DNA of 64,000 nucleotides. Origin: an uncultured Bacilli bacterium. Its GTDB lineage: Bacteria > Bacillota_I > Bacilli_A > RF39 > UBA660. The notes beneath the pieces are model-generated. The model was not told the DNA's origin, searched no databases, and was given only the letters and a program-made list of their open reading frames with translations. The stretch lies in NCBI GenBank assembly GCA_934086485.1, contig CAKOIF010000006.1:3932-67931 (forward strand), written 5' to 3'. The position numbers were made by a program, and so were the translations under genes. Of this stretch, positions 27,692 through 37,029 are shown piece after piece (position 1 is the first letter of the stretch; each line of letters starts with the position of its first letter).

Positions 27692-29447
27692 AAAGACTTT
27701 CTAACTCCTTTCTTTTTTCATCAAAGAATTCAAATACTTCATCATAAAGTGATGGACTTTGTATATCTACGCCCGCTACTTTTAAACTTTTAACTGGTTC
27801 AAGTGTTGAACCAAGTTTTAAAAATTTAATATAACTTTCTAAAGCACCATCTTTTTTATTTATAATATCATTTGCTATTTTGAGTGCTGCAGCATAACCT
27901 GTAGCATATTGATAAACATAGAAATTATAATAAAAATGTGGAATTCTATAACATTCATATTTAATATCTTCATCAACTTCAACATTTGGTCCAAAATATA
28001 ATTTATTTAAATCTAAATATTCTTTTTGTACTAATTCTTTAGTAAGAACTGTTCCTTTCATTTCTTTGTTATGAAGATTATCTTCGAAATGTGCAAACAT
28101 AGTTTGCCTTATCATAGTTGCTTTAAATCTTTGTAATATACTATCTAATATATATTTTTTCTCTTCAATATTATCTGTATGATTTAACATATAATTTGTA
28201 AGAATTATTTCATTTACTTGACTTGCAACCTCCGCTACAAAGATGGAATAATTATAATCTTCATAAGTATTAAAGTTTTGAGCATAGTAATAATGCATTG
28301 CATGGCCTAGTTCGTGAATAAGAGTTGATACATCATCAAGTTTTCCTTCATAATTTATAACTACATAAGGATGAGCAAGATATGCACAAGTACAGTATCC
28401 ACCATCTCTTTTATTTTTCTTTGGATATACATCAATCCAATTATCTGAAAATGCTTTTTTAATTACCTCTACATAAGAATTTCCCATTACCTCTAAAGAA
28501 GATATTACAAGCTTTTTTGCTTCATCATATGTATATTTTTTATCAAAATCTTTTGTAATATTTGCATAAGTATCATATATATGAATTTTTTCTAAACCTA
28601 ATACTTTCTTTTTTAAGTCATAATATTTATAAAATTTAGGTAAATTATTTTTAATACCATTTATTAAATTATCATAAATATCATTTTTAATATCATTTGA
28701 ATATAAACTTAAACTTCTTGCGGAAGGAAATCCTCTTAATTTAGCAACTTTATTATTACTCATTACTTTTGTTGTATATATTGTATTAAAGGTATTTTCA
28801 TAATGTTTAATTTCTTTATAAATTTTTTCAAAAGCCTCTTTTCGAACGCTTTGTTTACTACTTTGTAAATATGTACTAAAGTTAGATATTGTAAGAGGTA
28901 CAACTTTACCTTCTTCATTAGTAATAGTGCCAAAGTCCATATCCGTTGTAAGAAGCATTTCACTTGCATCCTCACTTTTAGAGTACACAGATGTTAAAAG
29001 TGTAATAATTTTTTCTTCTTCTTTAGACTTAATATATTTTTTAGCTCTATAAATACTTTTTAAATTATTTTCATATTCCTTTAACTTTGGAAATTTTTTT
29101 ATATATTCTTTAACAAATTTAAAATCTTTTTCAAGTAGTTCTGGAACAACATAACTTTCTTTTTCTGATAATTCATTTAAGAAGTTAAGTACACTACCAA
29201 GCATTTCATTATAATTTTCATTTGTTAAATCTAAATCATTATTAATATGAGCATACAAATAAAGCCTTTCAAGTCTTTTTGAAATTTCATTATCATACTC
29301 CAAATATTCATATAACATTTCTGGACTAGATAATATTTTACCTTCATATTTAGAAATATTTTTAGCGTATTTTTTCAAAGATGCAAGCTCTTTTTTAGCA
29401 TCTTCATCACTTTTAAATAAAGCGCTTAAATCAATTTTTCCTTTCAT
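27684..29447 (-). CDS. pepF: Oligoendopeptidase F (M3B family)
   Basis: 587 aa with zinc motif HELGHAMH and an M3B-like overall layout. Confidence 0.85.
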   Translation of the reverse strand: MKGKIDLSALFKSDEDAKKELASLKKYAKNISKYEGKILSSPEMLYEYLEYDNEISKRLERLYLYAHINNDLDLTNENYNEMLGSVLNFLNELSEKESYVVPELLEKDFKFVKEYIKKFPKLKEYENNLKSIYRAKKYIKSKEEEKIITLLTSVYSKSEDASEMLLTTDMDFGTITNEEGKVVPLTISNFSTYLQSSKQSVRKEAFEKIYKEIKHYENTFNTIYTTKVMSNNKVAKLRGFPSARSLSLYSNDIKNDIYDNLINGIKNNLPKFYKYYDLKKKVLGLEKIHIYDTYANITKDFDKKYTYDEAKKLVISSLEVMGNSYVEVIKKAFSDNWIDVYPKKNKRDGGYCTCAYLAHPYVVINYEGKLDDVSTLIHELGHAMHYYYAQNFNTYEDYNYSIFVAEVASQVNEIILTNYMLNHTDNIEEKKYILDSILQRFKATMIRQTMFAHFEDNLHNKEMKGTVLTKELVQKEYLDLNKLYFGPNVEVDEDIKYECYRIPHFYYNFYVYQYATGYAAALKIANDIINKKDGALESYIKFLKLGSTLEPVKSLKVAGVDIQSPSLYDEVFEFFDEKRKELESLYE

Positions 29448-29463
29448 ATTTTATAACCAAATA

Positions 29464-29487
29464 TTAGGTCCTAGAAATAGGACCTAA
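29464..29487 (-). terminator. Stem-loop between dnaK and pepF (possible attenuator or terminator)
   Basis: 10-bp perfect stem TTAGGTCCTA/TAGGACCTAA with a 4-nt loop. The trailing U-tract on the minus strand is weak. Confidence 0.45.
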
Positions 29488-29505
29488 TACTCTACCTTTC
29501 TTTTA

Positions 29506-31323
29506 TTATTTTTCTTTATATTCAGCTTCCTGTGCATCGTCTGATGAATCATTTGAACTAGTTGTTTCAGTATTTTCAGCATTTGCTTTATTTGCCTCAT
29601 ATACTTTACCAGCAAGTTCCATAGCCTTTTTATTTAAACTTTCAGTCTTAGCTTTAATATCTTCGATGTCATTTCCCTTAAGGGCTTCCTCAAGGTCTTT
29701 AATTAATTTTTCAGCTTCTTCTTTATCTTTAGGATCAACTTTATCTTTTAAGTCCTCTAAAGCACGATTTGTTGCAAGAATCATTGAATCTGCTTCATTT
29801 CTTGCTTCACTTTCAGCCTTTTTCTTTTCATCAGCATCTTTATTAGCTTCAGCCTCTTTCATCATCTTATCAATTTCTTCATCTGAAAGATTTGTTGATG
29901 ATGTAATTGTAATTGATTGTTCTTTATTAGTTCCAAGATCTTTGGCAGTAACGTTTACTATACCATTAGCATCAATATCAAATTTAACCTCAATTTGTGG
30001 AACTCCTCTTCTTGCTGGAGGTATATTAGTAAGTTGGAAGTTTCCTAAAGTTTTATTATCTGATGCCATAGGTCTTTCACCTTGAAGTACGTGAATATCT
30101 ACAGCAGGTTGGTTATCTGCAGCAGTTGAGAATACTTGACTCTTACTTGTTGGAATAGTTGTATTTCTAGGAATAAGTACAGTCATAACATTTCCTAATG
30201 TTTCAATACCAAGTGATAGTGGAGTTACATCAAGTAGTACTACATCATTTACTTCACCAGTAAGTACGCCACCTTGAATAGCAGCACCCATTGCTACAAC
30301 TTCATCAGGGTTTACACTCTTATTTGGTTCTTGTCCAAGTTCTTTTTTAACAAGTTCTTGAATATAAGGAATTCTTGATGATCCTCCAACAAGGATTACT
30401 TTATTAATATCTTTTGCAGTAAGTCCAGCATCTTTTAAAGCTTTTCTAACTGGTTCAAGTGTAGAATCAAATAAATCTTTATTTAAATCTTCGAATTTTG
30501 CTTTTGATAAAGTAATGTCCATATGAAGTGGTTCTTTATTTTCATTTTGAGTTATAAATGGAAGTGAAATTTGTGTTGTAGTCATAGAGGATAAATCTTT
30601 TTTAGCTTTTTCAGCAGCATCTTTAACTCTTTGCATTGCCATAGCATCTTTTGATAAATCAATACCATGTTCTTTCTTAAATTCTGATACTAAATAATTA
30701 GCAACTCTTTCATCAAAGTCATCTCCACCTAAATGGTTATTACCTGCAGTAGATTTAACTTCGAAAACACCATCACCAAGTTCAAGAATTGAAACATCGA
30801 ATGTTCCTCCACCTAAGTCATATACTAAAATTGTTTGAAGAACATCTTGTTTATCAAGTCCATAAGCAAGAGCAGCAGCAGTTGGTTCATTAATAATTCT
30901 TTCAACATCAAGTCCTGCTATTTTACCAGCATTTTTAGTTGCTTGTCTTTGTGCATCATTAAAGTATGCAGGAACTGTAATAACAGCTTTAGTTACTTTA
31001 TCTCCTAAATAACTTTCTGCATCTTTTTTTAACTTAGAAAGAATCTTTGCACTGATTTCCTCTGGTGTATACATTCTTCCATTAGCCTCAACTTTTTCAT
31101 TTGTTCCCATTTTTCTTTTAATTGAGGAAATTGTATTTTTAACATTTGTTACTGCTTGTCTTTTTGCAGTTTCTCCAACTAGTTCATCGTCACCTTTAAA
31201 AGCAACTACTGAAGGAGTTGTACGGTTTCCTTCGGCATTAGGAATAACTTTTGCTTCCCCACCTTCAAGTACCGCTACACAACTATTTGTTGTACCTAAA
31301 TCTATACCAATAATTTTACTCAT
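29506..31323 (-). CDS. dnaK: Chaperone DnaK (Hsp70)
   Basis: 605 aa. [14 protein letters not shown] and the other Hsp70 signatures. Confidence 0.97.
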   Translation of the reverse strand: MSKIIGIDLGTTNSCVAVLEGGEAKVIPNAEGNRTTPSVVAFKGDDELVGETAKRQAVTNVKNTISSIKRKMGTNEKVEANGRMYTPEEISAKILSKLKKDAESYLGDKVTKAVITVPAYFNDAQRQATKNAGKIAGLDVERIINEPTAAALAYGLDKQDVLQTILVYDLGGGTFDVSILELGDGVFEVKSTAGNNHLGGDDFDERVANYLVSEFKKEHGIDLSKDAMAMQRVKDAAEKAKKDLSSMTTTQISLPFITQNENKEPLHMDITLSKAKFEDLNKDLFDSTLEPVRKALKDAGLTAKDINKVILVGGSSRIPYIQELVKKELGQEPNKSVNPDEVVAMGAAIQGGVLTGEVNDVVLLDVTPLSLGIETLGNVMTVLIPRNTTIPTSKSQVFSTAADNQPAVDIHVLQGERPMASDNKTLGNFQLTNIPPARRGVPQIEVKFDIDANGIVNVTAKDLGTNKEQSITITSSTNLSDEEIDKMMKEAEANKDADEKKKAESEARNEADSMILATNRALEDLKDKVDPKDKEEAEKLIKDLEEALKGNDIEDIKAKTESLNKKAMELAGKVYEANKANAENTETTSSNDSSDDAQEAEYKEK

Positions 31324-31343
31324 AATTTATCATTCCTTTCTTT

Positions 31344-31646
31344 TTATCGAGTAATTTTATTTTCATTATCTAATCTTGAATTAATTTCATTAACAATGTT
31401 AACTATTTCATCATTAATAATAATTTGTTCTTCACTAGATAAATTACTTAAAATTTTATTATAATTACTAGAAAACTCTTCATGCGAAGTAAGTCCTCTG
31501 GTAACTTTTAAAAGCTCCATTAATGAATCAAAATATGCTCTATCAAGTTCTTCAGATGTAAGTTTACTATGAATATCACTACTTTCTAAATGATACTCAC
31601 CAAAACTATTAAAAATTAATGACAAAGCTAGAAAATTATTATTCAT
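31344..31646 (-). CDS. Hypothetical 100-aa protein inserted between grpE and dnaK
   Basis: An ORF that overlaps the grpE stop by 8 nt. No recognisable motif. Confidence 0.4.
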   Translation of the reverse strand: MNNNFLALSLIFNSFGEYHLESSDIHSKLTSEELDRAYFDSLMELLKVTRGLTSHEEFSSNYNKILSNLSSEEQIIINDEIVNIVNEINSRLDNENKITR

Positions 31647-32205
31647 TAACTTTTACCATAGCTACTCTTATAACTTTATCATTATAAGTATAGCCTTTTT
31701 GCATTACTTCCACAACTACGCCTTCCTCTTCTTCCATAATACTGGTAGTCATAATTGCTTCCATAGTTTTTGGATCAAACTGTTTACCCATTGCTTCTAT
31801 CTCTTTAACACCAATTGCATTTAAAGTAGATAAAAGTGATGTATATATCATTTTAAATCCAGATAAGAATTTTGAAAGTTCATCAGTTAAGTTATCATCA
31901 TCAAGAGATATTGCTCTTTCAAAATTATCAATAATTGGTAAAATCTCTTTAATAAGTTTTTCACCATCATATTTATAAATATTAGCTTTTTCTTCATTAA
32001 AGCGTCTATTCATATTTTGCATTTCAGCATTTAATCTTAATATTTTATCTGAAAGTGCATTTTTTTCTTCAATTAATTTTTTATTTTCTTCAGCAAACTT
32101 TTTAATTTCTTCCATACATTTTTCATGATGATTATTTTTTTTATCTTTCTTAATTTCTTTTTCATTTACTGAAACTTTTTCTTCTTTTTTAATATCTTCT
32201 TTCAA
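31639..32205 (-). CDS. grpE: Nucleotide exchange factor GrpE
   Basis: 188 aa with a coiled-coil N-terminus and a GrpE-like C-terminus (MQKGYTYNDKVIRVAMVKV). Position between hrcA and dnaK. Confidence 0.9.
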   Translation of the reverse strand: MKEDIKKEEKVSVNEKEIKKDKKNNHHEKCMEEIKKFAEENKKLIEEKNALSDKILRLNAEMQNMNRRFNEEKANIYKYDGEKLIKEILPIIDNFERAISLDDDNLTDELSKFLSGFKMIYTSLLSTLNAIGVKEIEAMGKQFDPKTMEAIMTTSIMEEEEGVVVEVMQKGYTYNDKVIRVAMVKVNE

Positions 32206-32213
32206 GTTATCAC

Positions 32214-33212
32214 CTACTTTTTCTTCATTTGTTCTAGGACATAATCAAGTAGTCCATATACTTTAGCATAATCCATTCTTTTTGGGCCTATTATTGCAAT
32301 AGAACCTTTTTCTCCATTAATATCATAAGTCCTTTTTACAATAGTTGTATTATCATCGACTTGTGATTCATCACCTATATAAACCTTTATTTCATCACTA
32401 CCATCAATACTTGTAACTTTTTTGATAAATGATTCATCCTCAAGTTTATATGCAAGTTTTTTAATTGATTCTGGATTATCATACTCAGGCTGCTCTAATA
32501 CTTTAGCTTTTCCATTTACAGTAACATTTGCATTTTCATCAACAAAATCTGTAAAAGCATTATAAAATATATTATATACTTTTTCATAATTACTTATTTC
32601 CTGTGCAATAATTGGTTTTATTTCAAACTCTAAACGCTCTGAAACATCTTTAATTGGTGTTCCAATAAGCATCTTATTAATTATTTCACTAGTTTTAATA
32701 AGTTCTTTAACATTTGTACCCTCCGGTAAAATAAATTTTTTATTTTCTACAAGTCCTGTATTTGTACATACTAAAGCAACAATTTTATTTTCATCTATTG
32801 GAATAATACTTACTTGTTTAAGCAAATTATCCATGCTACTACTTCCTAAAACTATTGAAGCATAATTTGTTAAATCACTAATTATCTCCATACACTTAGT
32901 TATTGCATCAGATAATACTAAATCTTGATTTTTAACTACTCTCTGAAGTTTTAACATTTCGCTACCATTAAGTTTTTCAGGTTCCATTAAGTTTTCAACA
33001 TAATATCTATAACCTTTTTCTGAGGGTATTCTTCCAGAGGATATATGATTTTTTTCAATATAACCTAAATCCTCTAAAGTAGCCATCTCATTTCTTATTG
33101 TGGCACTTGATAAATTAAACTTTTCACAAAGTGACTTACTTCCAACAGGTTTAACGGACTTTACATAAGTCTCTACTATTACTTTTAGTAACTGTTTTTG
33201 ACGATTATCCAT
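32214..33212 (-). CDS. hrcA: Heat-inducible transcription repressor HrcA
   Basis: N-terminal winged helix RQKQLLKVIVETYVKSVKPVGSKSL, 332 aa, with CIRCE sites upstream. Confidence 0.93.
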   Translation of the reverse strand: MDNRQKQLLKVIVETYVKSVKPVGSKSLCEKFNLSSATIRNEMATLEDLGYIEKNHISSGRIPSEKGYRYYVENLMEPEKLNGSEMLKLQRVVKNQDLVLSDAITKCMEIISDLTNYASIVLGSSSMDNLLKQVSIIPIDENKIVALVCTNTGLVENKKFILPEGTNVKELIKTSEIINKMLIGTPIKDVSERLEFEIKPIIAQEISNYEKVYNIFYNAFTDFVDENANVTVNGKAKVLEQPEYDNPESIKKLAYKLEDESFIKKVTSIDGSDEIKVYIGDESQVDDNTTIVKRTYDINGEKGSIAIIGPKRMDYAKVYGLLDYVLEQMKKK

Positions 33213-33222
33213 AATGTCCTTT

Positions 33223-33249
33223 CTAGCACTTTCTTAACCAAAATGCTAA
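33223..33249. promoter_or_regulatory. CIRCE-like operator 1
   Basis: The minus strand reads TTAGCATTT-N9-AAGTGCTAG, against the consensus TTAGCACTC-N9-GAGTGCTAA. It lies 11 nt upstream of the hrcA ATG. Confidence 0.7.
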
Positions 33250-33268
33250 CATTATTATATTATGCAAA

Positions 33269-33295
33269 TTAGCACTTGTCAATACCTTTTGCTAA
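33269..33295. promoter_or_regulatory. CIRCE-like operator 2
   Basis: TTAGCACTT-N9-TTTTGCTAA (plus strand). It has 9-9-9 spacing but a weaker inverted symmetry. Confidence 0.5.
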
Positions 33296-33319
33296 ATATT
33301 TTTTATAAAAAAATTAATG

Positions 33320-34984
33320 TTATTTTCCTAACACTAATTTTTCTTCTGTAGTTAAGAATTCATTTACTTTAACAGCACTTTTTTGTAAAAAATCTAAAAA
33401 GTCATTAATACTAATACTTGCTTTGAAAGTAACCTCACCCTCATAAAAATCAGTAAACTCTATTAAAGAATCTTTTAAAGTTTCTTTTTGAATAACTTTA
33501 TAGTTTCCATGAGCAATACTATTTCTAATACCATTAATTATTTTTTCATTTTTAATTAATTTTGAATAAGTATTTACATAACTATTTACATTATTTATAG
33601 TAGACTGAATATTTATTAAATCATTATTATATCCACTAAGGTTTACATTAATTATATTTATTTGATTAGTTATTTTATTTATAGCATCAAGTTTTCCCAG
33701 TGAAGTTACTTTTGCTAAACTATTATTACAACTAACTAAAGCATTATTTAATTTATTTATATTATTTTTAATAGCATTTTCTTTTACACCTAAATCAGTA
33801 ATATATCCATCATCTGTTTTTTCCACTTCAACATTAAATGAACTTGTATCTATAAGTGAATAATCAAAACCATCTAAGTCTAAATTTTGATATTCATTTT
33901 TATTATGTAAGACATCATCATAACCATATGCAAATAAAGCATTAAACGAGGATATTAAACTTTGGGCTAAGTCATCAGTGGCTATATAAAGTTTACCATA
34001 TTTTCTTATTATATCATCATGAACTTTTTCATAATTAGATGTTCCTAATTCTTTTATTGAATTAAGAAGTAATAGATTATGAACACCAGAGACAATCATA
34101 CTAAAATTATCAAATTTATCTTTATTAAATAATTTATCAACTTCATATCCTACAATTTCAATAACTCTTTCATATGGCGTATTTGGAGTTGTACTATTAT
34201 AAAGGAAATTTGCTAATACATTTGTATCTTCATTTTTAGTACTAACTTTATTCCAAGAAACCACATAATCCTCTTTAACTTTTCTTTCAAAATTCATAAG
34301 TTCATTTAAATTTAAAGATTTAGAAAACGATGTAACAGTTTCATTAAATTTATCAAATATATATCCCTCAATTGGACTTCCGTCTTTTCTTTTAATTGTA
34401 ATATTATATTTATAATACATAGAAATCATATTTTTATATTCATTTAATGAATATCTTTCTTTATCTTTACCAACCCTGCTTTTAGTGTATACAAAACATC
34501 TTGTAAAAGATGAAGTATTATAATTTTGTAATGTTGAGGAAAATGATGATATAACAAAATTTGTAAGTTTTGGTATCGGAATAACTATATCATTACCTGA
34601 TACTTTTAATATAACTCTGTTATGAGCAAAATCTATCAAATACTCGCCATGACCTAGTTTATTTCTAATCGTAGTAACTAAAGTATAGCTATCTTTAAAA
34701 GTATAACCATTTATTTCATAACCATCTATTGTTTTATTAGCAATTAAATTTACATTTTTTTCCATTAATGAAAAAGGAAGTAAAATATTATTATTTTTAT
34801 CAACCATTTTTTCTTTAATAGCTAAAAATATACTTGAAACATTTCCCATAATAGCTCCATTTAAGTATTCCTTATTAGAAATATATTCACTATAAATAGG
34901 ATTACCAAATATCATCCCCATTAAAAATAAATCATATGCATAATTTCCTGAAAAATATTTTATTATAGTTTCTTCTTTATTCAT
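33320..34984 (-). CDS. Uncharacterised 554-aa protein with two HEPN-type RNxxxHG motifs
   Basis: TTIRNKLGHGEY (R107/H112; nt 34649-34666) and NGIRNSIAHGNY (R487/H492; nt 33509-33526). An Asn-rich coiled-coil-like segment lies between them. No signal peptide or TM segment. Confidence 0.55.
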   Translation of the reverse strand: MNKEETIIKYFSGNYAYDLFLMGMIFGNPIYSEYISNKEYLNGAIMGNVSSIFLAIKEKMVDKNNNILLPFSLMEKNVNLIANKTIDGYEINGYTFKDSYTLVTTIRNKLGHGEYLIDFAHNRVILKVSGNDIVIPIPKLTNFVISSFSSTLQNYNTSSFTRCFVYTKSRVGKDKERYSLNEYKNMISMYYKYNITIKRKDGSPIEGYIFDKFNETVTSFSKSLNLNELMNFERKVKEDYVVSWNKVSTKNEDTNVLANFLYNSTTPNTPYERVIEIVGYEVDKLFNKDKFDNFSMIVSGVHNLLLLNSIKELGTSNYEKVHDDIIRKYGKLYIATDDLAQSLISSFNALFAYGYDDVLHNKNEYQNLDLDGFDYSLIDTSSFNVEVEKTDDGYITDLGVKENAIKNNINKLNNALVSCNNSLAKVTSLGKLDAINKITNQINIINVNLSGYNNDLINIQSTINNVNSYVNTYSKLIKNEKIINGIRNSIAHGNYKVIQKETLKDSLIEFTDFYEGEVTFKASISINDFLDFLQKSAVKVNEFLTTEEKLVLGK

Positions 34985-36069
34985 TTTTTCACCATTATCA
35001 AAGGTACATACATTTCATCTTCTGTAAAACCAGCGTGATTAGATTTAAATATATGTCCTCCCCTTTTATACTTAAATATTTTATCACTTTTTGCAAGAGC
35101 AATAAAGTCCCCAATAGAATCTTCAAAGTATTTGTTTTCATTATTTAGGCCAAATAATTTAGACTCTATAGTTTCATTTTTATTCATTAATTTAAAATAT
35201 GCTGAAAAGTATTTATTAAATAATTTTTTAAATAAAGTTTTATCAGTTACATTAAAACTGCAGCATCTTCCCTCAAGCCAAACATTATCTATAATTAAAT
35301 CAAATAAATCAGGATAATCGCATAAATAAATATATTCACTATCAATATGACCATGATCTGCTGTAATAATTAATAAAGTGTTATTTAAATTTTTTGCAAA
35401 CTTTTCACATTTATCATTAATCATTTTCAAAATAGATAATACTTCTTTACTATCATTACCTTTTACATGCAAAGTGCTATCTGGATCCATATAATAGGCA
35501 TAAATATAATTTTTTTCTTTTATATTTAAATTGGATTTTATCATAGATAGCATTTCATCAATATCTTTATATGTTTCTTCATATTTAATTGGAAACACAA
35601 TTTTTGAATGATATTTACCATTTTCTAGAATTCTATCAGTAATCGTTTTATAAGGGAAATATTTTTCTGCAATATTAAACGGATATTCTTCATCACTATC
35701 TTTATATTTATTGGTAAACATTGTTACAAAAGCATTTTCTTTTTTATAATACATATCCCATCCTAAATAACCATGCGTGCAAGGATATTTTCCTGTCATA
35801 ATCGAAGTTGTAGCGCTAGTGGTGGTCGAAGGACAAGTCGAGGTAACTTTTTTAACTATATTATTTACTAAAAATGTATTAGGTATTTTTTTATTTATTA
35901 AATTATAACCCATTCCATCAAATAAAATAACCACTACATTTTTAGGCTTAAAAGAATTTAATACTTCATCAATTTCCCCGAGTGAGAAAACATTGCTTGC
36001 TAAATCAAAATATTTTTCAATACTACCTGCAATATTAACAACACTATTTTTATAATCTGGATAAATCAT
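34981..36069 (-). CDS. Alkaline-phosphatase-superfamily enzyme (nucleotide pyrophosphatase/phosphodiesterase- or PglZ-like)
   Basis: VVVILFDGMGYN (metal Asp), PSTTTSATTSIMTG (nucleophile Thr/Ser), DPDSTLH and ITADHGH motifs. 362 aa, no signal peptide. Confidence 0.7.
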   Translation of the reverse strand: MIYPDYKNSVVNIAGSIEKYFDLASNVFSLGEIDEVLNSFKPKNVVVILFDGMGYNLINKKIPNTFLVNNIVKKVTSTCPSTTTSATTSIMTGKYPCTHGYLGWDMYYKKENAFVTMFTNKYKDSDEEYPFNIAEKYFPYKTITDRILENGKYHSKIVFPIKYEETYKDIDEMLSMIKSNLNIKEKNYIYAYYMDPDSTLHVKGNDSKEVLSILKMINDKCEKFAKNLNNTLLIITADHGHIDSEYIYLCDYPDLFDLIIDNVWLEGRCCSFNVTDKTLFKKLFNKYFSAYFKLMNKNETIESKLFGLNNENKYFEDSIGDFIALAKSDKIFKYKRGGHIFKSNHAGFTEDEMYVPLIMVKK

Positions 36070-36491
36070 AAATGCCTCGAATATTTAATTTTTTCTATAA
36101 CTTTCTTAATCATTATAAATCCTGGAATATAAAATGTCAGTGAAAATATAAGCATTACAATACTTCCATCATTCCAATTTTTTATAATTATATAATTAAA
36201 ATATAATAAAAAGCTAAACCACATAATTATAAAAACAATATAGTATATATTACTAAATAAATGAAGCATTTTATTACCAGCATCTTCATTATACAATTTT
36301 ACAATTTGACAAGCATTCGAATAAATTCCTAGTAACATTCCAATTGAAAATAATAATATTATTATTTTATTAAATCCTCCATTCGAAGGTATACTTTTTA
36401 TTAAAAATAGCCATATAAAAAACATTATTATAATTGCTATACCATAAGTAATCGTATACAAAGTTTTTGAAATTTTATCAATTTTTTTCAT
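36066..36491 (-). CDS. Small 4-TM membrane protein (paralog of the upstream gene)
   Basis: 141 aa with four hydrophobic segments. Shares NWN(D/N)...FLYxPGxxM...KIKY with 36488..36955. Confidence 0.6.
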   Translation of the reverse strand: MKKIDKISKTLYTITYGIAIIIMFFIWLFLIKSIPSNGGFNKIIILLFSIGMLLGIYSNACQIVKLYNEDAGNKMLHLFSNIYYIVFIIMWFSFLLYFNYIIIKNWNDGSIVMLIFSLTFYIPGFIMIKKVIEKIKYSRHL

Positions 36492-36955
36492 ATAATATAC
36501 CCATATTTAATTTTTCTATAAGTTGCAAGACTCATAAGAAGGCCTGGTAAATATAAAAATAAAGTACAAAGAAATTCCTTTAAGTTTGAATTATTCCAAT
36601 TATTTATTAACGTATAATCATAGAAAATTAAGCTGCCAAACCAAAATATAAGAAAAGTTAAATAAATAATTATACTTACTATATTCAATATTTTTTCATC
36701 CTTTTTCTTAGTGTAAAAATCTAGCACTATAAAAATAAACACCAATGATGAAAGTATAAAAATACCGCCAATAAGAATTAATAATAATTTGATAATTCCC
36801 GTATAATCTTTAGTAAGGTGAAACATTAATTTGCTGCACATTGCCATTAAAAAACTCATAAAAATTGAAATTGTACTTAAGATTTTCTTCATATTTTTGT
36901 CTTTTGTTAAAGCTTTTTCTAATCTTTTTATCATTTTTTCTAATTTTTCTTCCAT
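36488..36955 (-). CDS. Small 4-TM membrane protein with a short amphipathic N-terminus
   Basis: The likely start MEEKLEK at 36955 lies 4 nt after GGTAGGAGG; the track start at 36988 is probably upstream read-in. ATGA overlap with the next gene. Confidence 0.6.
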   Translation of the reverse strand: MEEKLEKMIKRLEKALTKDKNMKKILSTISIFMSFLMAMCSKLMFHLTKDYTGIIKLLLILIGGIFILSSLVFIFIVLDFYTKKKDEKILNIVSIIIYLTFLIFWFGSLIFYDYTLINNWNNSNLKEFLCTLFLYLPGLLMSLATYRKIKYGYII

Positions 36956-37000
36956 AAAACCTCCTACCCTATAATTTAATAATAACACATATTGTTAATT

Positions 37001-37029
37001 AAAAAAAGGATGAAAATAAAATTTCATCA
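37001..37029 (-). terminator. Rho-independent terminator after surface-protein gene 37030..38580
   Basis: Stem GATGAAA/TTTCATC followed on the minus strand by CTTTTTTT. It separates that gene from the four-gene cassette. Confidence 0.65.
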
